DNA of 64,000 bases from Eledone cirrhosa (GCA_964016885.1 OZ024747.1:62558001-62622000); one strand, 5' to 3'. Shown: positions 26,860 to 39,692, numbered from the stretch's first letter. Notes: generated from the sequence alone by a model not told the origin. A program made the numbers and translations.

Positions 26860-27506
26860 TATATATACAGTATTTTCCGTAGTGTTGTAATATGAATATT
26901 ACACACAGTAGAGAATGGGAGAAATTAGCTAAAACCCAAAGCTTTTCCAGGAGCCAAAATTTCTTTAAATTGTGTAATCTTGAGATTTATTACATAATCA
27001 CACACAAGAAGAAATTGCTTAATAACAGAATTGAACGAACATTATTCTGCCGTCACCGAACTAAAACCCTTTTTTCCCACTACAAGCTGAATATTACATA
27101 AAAGAGGGACATCCCCCCAACTATATAAACCTCAATCTAGTTAGAAAAATATAAAAACAATCTCTTCTCAACATATATATGTATATTAATAACCTATGTC
27201 TTTCCATTATATATTAACATTTACAATTATTTTAACCTTAACAAAGGGTTATGTTTTTATCGCATCTGAATGTGTTGGTGGTATTTACGGCCACAAAACC
27301 AGTTGATAATGCAAAAAATAAGTCAAACTGTAAATCGAGAAATCTTCTTAACTTTCATATCATTGTGTTGATAGCGCAATCCTTTCCTTTGTACTCACAC
27401 AAGAAAACACGTGCATATGTATATATATATATATATGTATATATATAGATATATATATATTTGTATATATATGTAAATGTATATATATTTACATGTATAT
27501 GTACAT

Positions 27507-28117
27507 ATGGTGGCTGCCAACTCGTTTTCGAGTACGGCCACTACTTTATATTCATGTAGGAGAACTCCTACCGATGCACTCAACGAGTGTGACTTTTTAG
27601 TCCAGCCAGCGACTTGAAAACTCTGGTACAAACACTACACTTGTGACAATTATTGACACATAGTGCTTTACCTTTGGTACCATGTGACGACAAGTGCAGA
27701 GAGATCTTCAGATACAAAGCAATGCCTGTGCCATGAAGCTTTTATAGTGAGCAAAGGCACTGCACAAAGCCAGTCCCACTCTCTTAACCAAGATGATATT
27801 TACCAAAAAGAAGAACAAGTCAACATCATTGGATACCATCAGGGTTGCAGGTGTTATATCAGAGTTTTCCTTCTCCTAGAATTCTGCCTTGACAAAGGCT
27901 AAGGGGTCATCTCTCCCAGTGATTTTGGATGGCCATTGACTCTTAAGAGCTCCTTTGCCCTTTGACAGGTTTTGTTTTTAGTCCTGCAGGATGTCCAAAG
28001 TCACCCTCCTCACCAAGAAACCTTGGTGGGGCTGCCAGTTTAGTCGCCAACGACCCGACCATGAGACAGGTTGTACTGGGATACATGTTACCAGTAGCAC
28101 CAAGTGGTGACCTGACA
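27507..28117 (-). mobile_element. Non-autonomous RTE-derived element (type 1), full length about 610 bp
   Basis: Same ends as 61282-61892; [21 protein letters not shown] on the minus strand; possible 12-bp TSD ATATGTACATAT (27497-27508 / 28120-28131). Confidence 0.82.
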
Positions 28118-28149
28118 TAATATGTACATATATATACATATGTACATGC

Positions 28150-28346
28150 ATGATGATGGCTGCCCCCTCGTTATCGAGTATGTCCATTGCCGATATAACA
28201 TTACTAATAATTATTAATTAAAGCTATCGTGCAATGCCTATGTGTGAAGAATTTTTTTAGAGTGAGGAAAAACAGTGCACTGAGCCAAAACCCACTCTCT
28301 GAGCGACAGTAGCTAGCAGCTATAACCCCAAAAGAAGAAAAGATCA
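28150..28346 (-). mobile_element. Non-autonomous RTE-derived element (type 2), truncated
   Basis: Reverse complement matches 41995-42187; (CAT)n tail. Confidence 0.75.
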
Positions 28347-28377
28347 TGTATGTACGTATATACGTACATACATACAT

Positions 28378-28410
<33 letters not shown>

Positions 28411-28600
28411 GGAAAAGAGTCAGGACCCCGACGGCTGAGCTCCGGCTGTTTCGACTGCTAGTTCGGATCTAGCAGTCGAAATGGCCGCAGCTCAGCCGTT
28501 GGTGTCCTAACTCTTTTCCTATTACCCACTCTACTACCCTAAGTATCGAGTACTCTGGTGCGTTATGGTCCACCTGGTTTCTTACCACACTTTCTTTGCT
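28411..28600. mobile_element. PLE-like mini-element with fold-back palindrome (paralog of 22313-22497)
   Basis: Arms about 28411-28461 / 28469-28520; flanked by (TA)n. Confidence 0.65.
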
Positions 28601-28699
28601 ATATATATATATATATATATATACACGCACGCACACACACACACAGATACACACACACACACACATACATACATAATAGTAATATAGATAAGAGTAATA

Positions 28700-29680
28700 T
28701 AGATAAGGAAAGTAGTCTATCTTGGACCAACAACCGCTATATTGGCTCCCACTTTGAAGGATACGTTTTTTGCAATCCAGGAACAGGAGATTAGCATGAA
28801 ATACCTGATTCACAAAAGAGATAGGGATGCAGGCAAAACACCTAGATGTGATAACAAGTGCTGGCTGCAGAACTAACATCGAGGATATCACCCATGTCAT
28901 CAGCAGCTGTCCAAAGATGTCATCGCGCTACTATCTACCTATGAGGCACGATGTAGTGGCCAAAACACTGTACAATGCAGTTCGTAAAAAAGATATCCCC
29001 GATAATAAACACATTAAAAGCTACAACAATGTGGAATACATCCATGTACATAATATGAAAGAGTACTGCTGGAATGTTCCAGTAAAAACCCCAATAAAAT
29101 GCAGGCATAACAGACCAGATATTATGATATGGGACAGGGAGAAGAAAACATGCACAGTAGTGGAAATTAGCTGCCCAGCAGATGCCAATATAATATCAAA
29201 GATTAGTGAAAAGGAGAATATTTATGCAGAACTGATGAGAAATCTGCAGATACTCCAACCTGATTACACCTTCAGATTTATGCCTGTGATTATTGGGGCA
29301 CTGAGATATGTTAGTAACTGCCTCAATACAAATCTTGAGAAGCTAGGCTTCACAGGAACAGAAAGAACACAACTAGTTAGGAAATTACAAGTACAATCCA
29401 TTAATGGAACAGTAAAAATATGTAAAACATTCCCAAAATATTGCATCTAATAACTGCATATACACATGTACAGATACAAAGCATATACACATGCACACAT
29501 ACAACTCAAAACATCCACATCCACACATACAATAACATCCATATCTACACATGCATGCATACATACATATCTACCTAGTTGATGTTGTGTAAATTCCAAT
29601 GAGAGAGTCTTGTGTCTATGTTAGAAACCGACTCTCTCTCTCTATTGGTAAAACTTTGTCAAATTATAAAACCATAAGAA
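28700..29680 (+). mobile_element. 5'-truncated R4/Dong-like non-LTR retrotransposon with RLE endonuclease and 3' UTR
   Basis: SHFEGYVF/AIQEQEI, CRTNIEDITHVISSC, RHD, RPDIMIWD...VVEISCP...K; ORF 28827-29450 follows frameshifts; ends AAGAA + (CATA)n. Confidence 0.9.
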
Positions 29681-29868
29681 CATACATACATACATATATA
29701 TATATATATGAATATATATATATGAATGAAAAATGGCGTGCTGCGTTGTTGCGGATATGAACATATGAACAAAAATAGAACGAGAAACAAGAATGTCCTT
29801 CATCAGTAGCCTGCTGATTATCGTTGGTATTTCTTTGCATTAAAGACTGTTATTAAAGACTGTTATTT

Positions 29869-29914
<46 letters not shown>

Positions 29915-29959
29915 AAATAACAGGAGGCCGGACTGGTGTAATTCCCTGAAAGGTTTATT

Positions 29960-30017
29960 ATACTATGATCATTTCAATGACCGGGTTCAGTATGAATCCG
30001 GTGACATCATCAGGTAT
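29960..30017 (-). ncRNA. Minimal type-I hammerhead ribozyme motif
   Basis: ATAC-CTGATGA-TGTCACCGGATTCATACTGAACCCGGTCATT-GAAA-TGATCA-TA-GTAT; palindromic stem III. Confidence 0.82.
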
Positions 30018-30276
30018 TCAAAATATAACAAAGGAATATAATAGACAAAATCCATGGGGCTGAAAATCAGAGACATGAGGGTGACCGAACATTTAGCAAC
30101 TCCTACCTCGGTCGGCCGCCCTCAAGTGTTGATTATAATTATTAACTCCGTACTCGCACCACCAACTACACAAACGAAGACGGGTGAGTTGCATTACGTT
30201 GAGTGCTCTCCATAATATTAAATCGAGGTTGACCATACGGAATGACCAGTTCTATCCAGTGATGAATCAACAAACC

Positions 30277-30348
<72 letters not shown>

Positions 30349-30518
30349 TAAATGGAAAAGAAAATGCTGACAAATTGTTCACAGTGAAAAATAGTTTAAT
30401 TAGGAATAAGTGAGAATTAGTAATAGTATTGGTTAGTATTCAGTTTTGGTTTTAAGTTTTACCGGTTGCGCATTTCTAATGCTTTGCAAAAATAATTTTG
30501 AGATAGAACGTCCGTGAT

Positions 30519-30582
<64 letters not shown>

Positions 30583-30787
30583 ACACACACGCACATATGC
30601 ATCACCAACTCTGACGTATATTTATACGAATGTATATACTACTTACAAACCTTACTATTCAGTTGGTGATATTGACTTATCTCTATATTTAGCTGTTATG
30701 GTTCTTTTCTATTTTTTCTTTCTAATGTTATTAGAAAACATTTATATTTAGCGAGAAGCTCAAGGTTTTCCACATATATATATCTTT

Positions 30788-30838
<51 letters not shown>

Positions 30839-31604
30839 CTACACACACACACACACATATATATATACACACACATATATATGCATATATATATATACAC
30901 ACATGCATATATATATATATATACACATGCATATGTGTGTATATATATATATGTATATACACGCGTGCATATATATATATATACACACACATGCATATGT
31001 GTATAAATATATATATATATATACATGCAAATATATATATACATACATACATATTTATATATATATATATATACATATATATATACATACATATATACAG
31101 TATATATACATATATATTCATATATATGCAGACATACATATTTACACACACACACACACACACACGCACACATACACACACATATATGTGAAAGATCAAT
31201 AGCCACTTGGTCAAAATGTATGATGCACTTTAACGGGAACTTTGCCCAAATATTTCCGCCAAATATCCCCCTTAGCATAGAAGATTTGTGCCAGAATTTC
31301 CATCAAATCTTTATATTTACTAAAAGTTGTCTTGTAATTTCGTTTACATCAAATGTATTGTCGTGTGTTGAAAATGTTTGGCTTGCTTTCACTTGTGTTC
31401 ACATGTTTGTATATTTGAGATGATATTTATGAAATATCTATAGGAAGAAGCTATAGTTCCCCCTATAATCAGCGTTAAGATGATACATACATATATTTAT
31501 ATATATGTACGTGTCAATGCTTATATATATGAGTACAATGACCTATTATGTCAATTTCGTTACCAAATTAATAAGAGAAATCACCTATTATTTTGAAATA
31601 CATA

Positions 31605-31793
31605 GGACGGTGGATTGGCAGTATCGGTAGAAAGTCGGACGCCATGGTTTGCAGCATAGAGTTACGGCCCTTTATAATCTGAGTTCAAATCCCACCAAGG
31701 TTAACTTTGCCTTTCATCCTTACGGGGTCGATAAAAATAAAGTACCAGTAATACACTGGAATAATTGCCGGCCTTGTGCCAAAAGTAGAAACA
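31605..31793 (+). mobile_element. SINE family A, short form
   Basis: Consensus match; ATTATTTTGAAAT on both flanks (31587-31599, 31794-31806). Confidence 0.9.
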
Positions 31794-31908
31794 ATTATTT
31801 TGAAATTTCACAAATAGACTGTACCATTGATCGAACATTGAAAGCGACGAAGATTCATTCCATTTGTGAGACAGCATGATACAACATTGAATAATATATA
31901 GAGATATG

Positions 31909-33974
31909 TTTCTTTTATTTGCCACCAGGGCATCAAAAGTGGGACAAGTACAAAGGGGGAGTTTACACAAAAAGGCGTCCTCAATAAGGAGGAGGCAATA
32001 ACAAAATATAAAAATAAAATAAAATATAACAAAAAATAAAATTTATAACAAAATCCTCAATAGAGAGGAGGCGCCTTGGGGGGTCGCACACACCCCTGAA
32101 AAAAGTGTGCAACCCTTTTCCTCAGGAGCACAGAGAGGGGGTGCTCCCTCGTTCCTTCCTCCTTTCCACCTACAGGCTTATGTAAAGAGAAAGCCCATTC
32201 ACACGGGCCATTCTCGCCACTTTCACCCACCTTTCATAAAAACGACTGGGGTGGAGCACCTCTCTCTCCATCCTGATCCTTCTTCCGAAATGATATCGGA
32301 AGAAACGGACCAGTTGTTGGCCAGAGAGAAAGGTGCCTGACCTCAGTCCTTTCAGACGCGTCCACCATACAACCTCTTTCGCCATGGCTATTACGCACAG
32401 AAACACCGCCTCTGCTTCATCTTTGAAGGGGGGAGGCGGCTTGATCATTACAATAGACTCGGTGGTCAACCGGATCGGTCCCACCCTTGACAGCAGTTGT
32501 TCGACATAGCCCCACAGATCGGCTACGCCCGAGCAGTGTACCAATGCGTGTGCAATGGTTTCCTCGTCGCACACGCATCTGGGATAGATCTTTTTGGCGG
32601 GGTCCCTACCCGGGCGCCCGTGTCTGTAGAGCCTTTCTCGAACGGGTAAAGCCCCTCGGTAGCACTGCCAGGCCAGGGACTTCTGGAAGTTGTCCATAGG
32701 TCCCGGGCTGAATGTCCTACCGAACAGGCTGGCCAGTTCGTCCTCCTCCATGTCTAGGGCTTCTCCGAGGGCGTCATCGCACCTGCTGCGTACCAGCCCT
32801 CTATGGAATGTTGCGGTGGAGTCTCCACTGATAACCGGATCCGCCTGCCAGAGGGCGGTGAGCGCCTGGGCACACTCAGTGTGCCAGGCGCCCAGTTTTC
32901 TCGGTCTTTGCTTGACCCAGGATTGCAGCTCGGTGAGTGAGACGAGTCTGGGAAAGGTTCGTCTCACAAACGAGGCCCACACCGGTTGACCGGTGAGGAA
33001 TACGTAGAGGTGCCGTAGCCTTAATGCGTGTTTACGCATCATTAGCCACGGCATCCCCAGCCCTCCTTTCGAAGGGTGTTGACAGCAGATGGATCTCCTC
33101 ACCATAGGAGCCCGCCTCTTCCAAAGGAATTGGAAGAGTGCGCGCTCCATCTTGGTGAGGGTTTCCCTTGGGCAGGGCACTACGGTCAGGAGGTAGTAGA
33201 TGACGGACGCTATGTAGGTGTTCGCCACCTCCGCCCGACCTTTCAGGGATAGTTTGCAACTGGCCCACTTCTGGGTCAGTGCAAACACCCTGTTCGTAAC
33301 CTCCGCCCAGTTTTTCTCCACCTGGAGGTCCGGTCCGAACCAGACCCCGAGCAACTTCACCGGGCCCTCCGTCCAGCGTCCGACGACGCCATCGGAGGGC
33401 ATCGGTCTGCCCCTCCACGTGCCGAGTTGCAAACCGATCGACTTGTCCCGGTTCAGCTTAGCCCCTGTGAACCTTTCGTACTCCTCCAGTAAGGTGCCGA
33501 CCGCCTCGATTTCGGAGGCCGTCGACACCATTACTGTCACGTCATCGGCGTAGGCCGACACCGCTTTACGCAATCCCGGTTCCAAAGGGATGCCCTGCAA
33601 CAACTCCAACTTCCGCAGTAGTGGCTCGAGAGTCAACACATACAGAAGGGAGGAGAGAGGGCACCCTTGTCGGATGGACCGCACGATTTTGAACGGCTCC
33701 GAGAGGTAGCCGTTCACCTTGACCCTAGAGCAGATGCGGCTGCTGTGCATAGCAGTGATCCAGCCCCTGAAAACGGGTCCGAAGCCTACCGCCGCTAGCA
33801 CCGCATCCAGGTAACCATGGTCGACCCTATCGAACGCCTTAGATTGATCCAAGTTGATCAGAGCCCCACCAAAGCCTGGTTCGTCCCCAACCCTCTCTAT
33901 GATGTATCGCATGAGGTGGAGGTTGTCATGGATGGACCTGGACGGGATAGCGCATGTCTGCGCATCTCCCAATA
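31909..33974 (-). mobile_element. 5'-truncated Tx1-like (L1 clade) LINE
   Basis: GC-rich insert with open RT frame and 3' UTR ending ...GGCAAATAAAAGAAA. Confidence 0.9.
32170..33972 (-). pseudogene. Partial ORF2 of Tx1-like LINE: reverse transcriptase + zinc-binding C-terminal region
   Basis: LDQSKAFDRVDH, RQGCPLS, AYADDV, LLGVWFG, GGLG, EETIAHALVHC; no stops over about 600 codons; the N-terminus of the listed ORF is (GATA)n-derived. Confidence 0.9.
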
Positions 33975-33987
33975 GAGATAGATAGAC

Positions 33988-34033
<46 letters not shown>

Positions 34034-34177
34034 CTTTCTTTTATTTGCCACCAGGGCATCAAAAGTGGGACAAGTACAAAGGGGGGAGTTTACATGCAAA
34101 GGCGTCCTCAAAATGGAGGAGGCAATAACAAGATATAAAAGTATAAAAATAAAATAAAATATAACAAAATAAATTTT
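34034..34177 (-). mobile_element. Tx1-like 3' UTR-only copy
   Basis: Near-identical to 31909-32045; flanked by (GATA)n. Confidence 0.85.
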
Positions 34178-34280
34178 AGATAGATAGACAAATAGATAGA
34201 CAAATAGAGAGATATACATATATAAAGATAGACAGACAGACAGACAGATAGATTGATAGATAGATAGACAGATTGATGGG

Positions 34281-34313
<33 letters not shown>

Positions 34314-34373
34314 TGATGGGTAGATAGATAGATAGATAGATAGATATACATATACATATATAGAGATAGATAT

Positions 34374-35335
34374 CTTTCTTTATTTGCCACAGGGGCGTAC
34401 AAAAATGGGACATTACAAGACGGAGGGGGTTTTACATAAAAATAACTTCAACATTAATAAACAACTTCAGCATTAATAAATAACAATAAACTATATATAA
34501 AATAACAATTAAAATCCCCATTAGGGGGGAACGTTACTGCGGGGTTGTTTTAGACCCCGTGGATAGAACAACCCTCAACATCAGGAACACTTTTTGTAGG
34601 TGTTCATGTTTTCCCTCTGTTTATCTTCCCCAACCTACAGGTTTATATACAGGGAAGGCCCATTCACTCGGGCCATTTTCGCCACTTTCACCCACCATTC
34701 AGCGAATTTACTGGGGTGTAGCACCTCTCTCTCCACTCTCATCTTCCTTCTGAAGTGATACTTAAAGAAGGGGATGAGTTGTTGTCCAGAGAGAAAGGTG
34801 TTTGCCCTCAGTCCTTTTAACCTCGTTCACCATATTACCTCTTTCGCCATAGCCACCAGACAGAGGAAAACTTCTCCTTCATTCTTAAATGAAGGCGGCG
34901 GGGTGATCCTCACGATGGACTCGGCTAACAACTGGATGCGTCCCACACGTGACAGTACCTTTTCGACATAATTCCACAGGTCGGTCACCCCTGGGCACTG
35001 AAAAATTGCGTGCAGAACGGTTTCTATGTCCTGCTCGCATCTTGGACAGGTCCTTTTGGTAGGATCTCTGCCAGGGCGTCCGTACCTGTAGATTTTGTCT
35101 CGAACTGGTAGAGCTCCTCCGTAGAGGTGCCAGGCCAGAGACCTCTGGAAGTTATCCATAGGCCCTGGACGGAAAGTCCTCCCGAACAGACTGGTCAGTT
35201 CGTCCTCTTCGGTGCCCCGAGAACATCGTCGCACTTATCCTCCACTAATCCCCTATAGAATGTCGAAGTGGAGTCTCCGCTGATTGCCGTTTCCGCTTGA
35301 CAGAGGGCTGTGAGCGGATGTAGGCACTCGAGGGA
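34374..35335 (-). mobile_element. Second Tx1-like subfamily, 3' fragment
   Basis: LFGRTFRPGPMDNFQRSLAW...CPRCEQDIETVLHAIFQC is homologous to the C-terminus of 32170-33972; flanked by (GATA)n. Confidence 0.88.
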
Positions 35336-35431
35336 GATAGATAGACAGATAGATAGATTGATAGATAGTTAGATAGATAGATATATAGATAAATATACAT
35401 ATACATATATAGATACAGATAGATATACATG

Positions 35432-35552
35432 TAAATGGTAAAAAGAAATAACAAACCAAACGACACAGTACATTGAATAAATATATTAGTTTAACGCTTG
35501 AAATAGCAGGAAAAGAGTTAATGTTTCGGACACTAGTCCTTTATCAGAAGAT
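35432..35552 (-). mobile_element. PLE-like fragment with degenerate hammerhead (paralogs 22551-22638 and 52675-52773)
   Basis: Minus strand TCTT-CTGATAA-AGGACTAGTGTCC-GAAAC; the 52682 copy keeps CTGATGA; shared CTGCTATTTCAAGCGTTA..CTAATATATT block. Confidence 0.55.
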
Positions 35553-35631
35553 AGAGTTAGAAATAGAAGATAAAATAGAAAAATAAGAGTGAGAACAGGA
35601 AGGAACAAGGAAAAAAGGGGGGAAACGATCA

Positions 35632-35714
<83 letters not shown>

Positions 35715-35955
35715 GTCCTATTTTTATTTTTATTTATTTATTTTTTCATTTTTTTCGTAATTATTTATGTATTTATTTATTTATTTATTTTTCGATCTGT
35801 AATACGAAAACAAACCATTGCAGAAGAGAATTGGAATGTGGTGGAGGTAGTGCTGGTGATGGTGGGGAAGACGAGATATACAAAGCAAACACTGACGATA
35901 TGAATATATATTAATGTGTGTGTGTGTTATATATATACAAACACACATATATATA

Positions 35956-36011
<56 letters not shown>

Positions 36012-36142
36012 AAATGTATGTATGTACGCATGTGTGTGTGTGTGTGTGTGTGTGTACAACAAGGAGTCAGTTTTAAAAAATAAAATAAAAAGATAAAATT
36101 TTACGTGCATATGTACCTATATACACACGCTCGTATATATAT

Positions 36143-36207
<65 letters not shown>

Positions 36208-36499
36208 ATGAGAGTGATATAGATGCATATACTAACATATTCCCAGATAGATTAACGAAAAATAAGAAAATACTGATTCCTCTTCTCTATAATTCTCTAT
36301 GATTCTTTATGATTCATCCCTATATTAATGCTACATTATGTTGGCACCGCTATATTTCATGTTATCCTAGTTGATGGTTCCATTAACAAGAAGAATTTAC
36401 AATTTATTTTCATTTATTTCTTGGGCTTTTTTCTTTAATTCCTCAACATAACTAAATGGGATTTCTTTGGGGGTTTTTGTGTTGCTTTAGCTAATATAA

Positions 36500-36686
36500 T
36501 TGTTTCTACTTTTGGCACAAGGCCAGCAATTATCTCAGTGCATTACTGGTACTTTATTTTATCGACCCCATAAGCCTGACAGGCAAAGTTAACCTCCACG
36601 GGATTTGAACTCGGGCCGTAAAGGGGCGTGACTCTATGCTGCAAAGCATGCTTCCGACTCTCTACCGATACTGCCAATCCACCGCC
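36500..36686 (-). mobile_element. SINE family A, short form
   Basis: Consensus match; flanks CTTTAG(C/T)TAATATAAT. Confidence 0.9.
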
Positions 36687-36701
36687 TTTAGTTAATATAA
36701 T

Positions 36702-36901
36702 NNNNNNNNNNNNNNNNNNNNNNNNNNNNNNNNNNNNNNNNNNNNNNNNNNNNNNNNNNNNNNNNNNNNNNNNNNNNNNNNNNNNNNNNNNNNNNNNNNN
36801 NNNNNNNNNNNNNNNNNNNNNNNNNNNNNNNNNNNNNNNNNNNNNNNNNNNNNNNNNNNNNNNNNNNNNNNNNNNNNNNNNNNNNNNNNNNNNNNNNNNN
36901 N
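36702..36901. other. Assembly gap (200 N)
   Basis: N run. Confidence 1.
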
Positions 36902-37572
36902 AAAGAATGAAACTAGAAACCTATATTTTGAATGATTTGCTTCTGTACTGTAACCTTATCAATATGAATTTTGACCTGAGAGCCAATGAAATCAAAGTTA
37001 ATCAAGTATTGCCTGGCAATATTTAATTTTATATCAGTGAGGATATTATATCTGATAACGTTCGATGCAACTGTGAAAAATAGCTATTTACAGTATAAGC
37101 GGACATTGAAAGAAACTCGATAAACATAGCTAGGGTCAGCGTTTATTGGGGAAAAATATCTTCATTTGATGTGGTTTTATGTGTAAAAATATCGTAAAAG
37201 CAGACGGACAAATAATAATTCTGTGTAATGATATGGGGGAGCACAGTATATAGAAATAACGTCTAAAATATACGGGATGGATCTCTGTCGGTTTCGTCGA
37301 AGAGTGTTACATTTGATCGAATCGATCAACAGAAAAGTTTTTCATTGAAATTGATATTCAAGTGGCTGTGCATTTTTTAGTAACACTGTGCATTTTTCAT
37401 GTAACCCTTAAGGCAATTTTCTGAGATATTTAGCCATGATACACAGTGTATCAAAGCCGGCCCTTTGAATTACTGGTGTAAATTGTTTTGTTTTCCAGAT
37501 GTGTGAACTAAGGAAACATGAAATAAAGTTTCATTTTATCCATGATGCATTTACTTAGCCCATTATTCAGTG

Positions 37573-37755
37573 AATTGGCAGTATCGGTAGAGGGTCGGAC
37601 ATGCTTTGCAGCATAGAGTTACGTCCCTTTACGATCTGAATTCAAATCCTGCCGAGGTTAACTTTGCCTTTCATCCTTACGGGGTCGATAAAATAAAGTA
37701 CCAGTAATGTACTGGGTAATTGCTGGCCTTGTGCCAAAAAGTAGAAACAATTATT
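37573..37755 (+). mobile_element. SINE family A, short form
   Basis: Consensus match. Confidence 0.9.
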
Positions 37756-37780
37756 TTACCCACTAACTAGAAGTAAACTA

Positions 37781-37860
37781 TTGGGTCGTCAAGTATGAAA
37801 TTTGTAGACATTTGTAGAATAAAAACAAATTTCTACAAATTTCATACTTGACGACCCATT
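37781..37860. mobile_element. About 80-bp hairpin MITE (Tc1/mariner-like)
   Basis: TIR TGGGTCGTCAAGTATGAAATTTGTAGA; second copy at 53549-53630. Confidence 0.75.
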
Positions 37861-38639
37861 ATCTATTCACTAAAGAAAGTCCTGTTCTACTTCTAGTGCA
37901 GCCTTCTCTCTATCTAGCAGTTGCTTACATGACTGAGAGTACAAGACATTTCTCTGGATATGACACCATTTCGTTGCAGGGTTACTGAGGCAATATGTTG
38001 AGTAGAATGAAGCAAAATGTAAAATGAAATATCCTTCTCAAGAAAACAACTGCCAGGAATATTCACGGCATTACAATAGTGACTCCAATATCTCAATGAA
38101 CAAACCAGACATAGGCCGCGCCATCACAAACGCTATTATGCTTTGTGTAATTAGCAACACAAAGATCTTTACCCATAAAACAATCAGTCCAGTAGTATGT
38201 GGATATTAAAATGATTCTTATGTTTACATTAAAATTCTCTAAAGATGATCAATATTGTGTTGGGCACTTAGCAACTGCGAGTTCAATATTTATCACGATG
38301 ACATATATTGATTTTATAATTTAATTATTAGATTAAAGAAAAAAAAAAAAAAAAGAAACGGCAGTTTTATTTATAGTGTAATTGTTAGTGGCTTTTGTTT
38401 TGTAGCGGCAGATGTCTGATAGAATTCCTTTCGCTGGCTAATATATATTCTTCTTTCGAACTGAGATGTTCACAATAATTCAAGAAATCACCATTATATT
38501 AATTAATATTGAGATATAATTCATGAATAAGGCTAATTAGTATAAGGAGAGTTAAAAGGAGTGGAAGCGACACCAGAATAATTTTAATGTTATCGACCCC
38601 GAAATAGTGTAAAGCTGAATCATCCCTGGTGTGATATAA

Positions 38640-38845
38640 AGCGGCGCTTTTTGTCTTTGAGCAAAACATTTTTTCACATTGTTTCATTCAGTCTATTCAG
38701 CTGGCAAAAATGACATGTAATTCAAAGGACCAGTCTTGTCACATCCTGTATCACGCTCAATCCTTCGGAGAACTACGTTAAGGGTGTATACATCTGTGGA
38801 ATATTCGGTTACTTACTAGTTAATATCACAAGCAAGCAGCTCCAA
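38640..38845 (+). mobile_element. SINE family B, diverged body
   Basis: GTCTTTGAGCAAAACA...TCAGCTGGCAAAAATG...TAATTCAAAGG..CAG..TTGTCACA shared with the 50418 and 54150 copies. Confidence 0.6.
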
Positions 38846-39220
38846 TGACTGAATCAACGAGAGCACGCGTCGTGGGAAATGGTGAAGGACCAACAACAAT
38901 GCTCTTGGACAACATTTACCCATAACAGAGTGTATCTCTTTCCAGGTCTGACAACAACCTGATATCCTCTAGGGTGATATATATATATATGTATGTATGT
39001 ATACACGTAAATAAGACCGCTATTGTTCTGTCTGATAACCCTCAGCGAATACCCAAAACCGAACGCCAACCTGAACCCATGGCTCCTGCGACACAAACCG
39101 TACTCAACCTCCAAATACGGTAAATCAAACATGGACCACCCATTCTCTTAAAATCGGTTTACACAACCAGTATACATTAGCTACCTAATGGGAAAGACAG
39201 ACGTTATCAAATATATATGG

Positions 39221-39253
<33 letters not shown>

Positions 39254-39258
39254 ACACG

Positions 39259-39690
39259 ATATGTTTCCATTTGTCAATATCGTATATATATATATATATA
39301 CGATATTGACAAATGGAAACATATTTCAAGGACACCAAGTTAAATTATGGTGTGCTTTCATCAGATAAAATATAATATAGAGCAGTTTTATAAATAAATA
39401 TTGACATACCCTTAAAGAATGCAACCATTACTGTTGGAAGCTCCCGGATATTCAATATTTATTTATAAAATATTTATTTATAAAACTGCTCTATATTATA
39501 TTTTATCTGACGAAAGCACACCATAATTTAACTTGGTGTCCTTGAAATATGTATAATGAAATAAATATGGTTTTATAAATATAGTTTCCATTTGTCAATA
39601 TCGTATTTTTACTCCAATTATTTGTTGAGTGCTTTATATCAGTTATAAAAATATTTGCTTGTTGTATCCCAACAATTTAAATAGAACTTT

Positions 39691-39692
<2 letters not shown>
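39259..39692. mobile_element. Nested fold-back PLE-like mini-element (family of 17540-17875)
   Basis: Palindrome 39259-39324 centred on a TA run; inverted arms about 39320-39405 / 39470-39551; 3' block TTGAGTGCT..ATA.CAGTTATAAA...CCCAACAA shared with 17808-17875. Confidence 0.7.
39500..39562 (+). ncRNA. Minimal type-I hammerhead ribozyme motif
   Basis: ATTTTAT-CTGACGA(39507)-AAGCACACCA..TGGTGTCCTT-GAAA-TATGTA-TA-ATGAAAT. Confidence 0.82.

Noticed and set aside
36628-37026. 132-aa ORF
   Set aside because: Spans the N gap and a SINE
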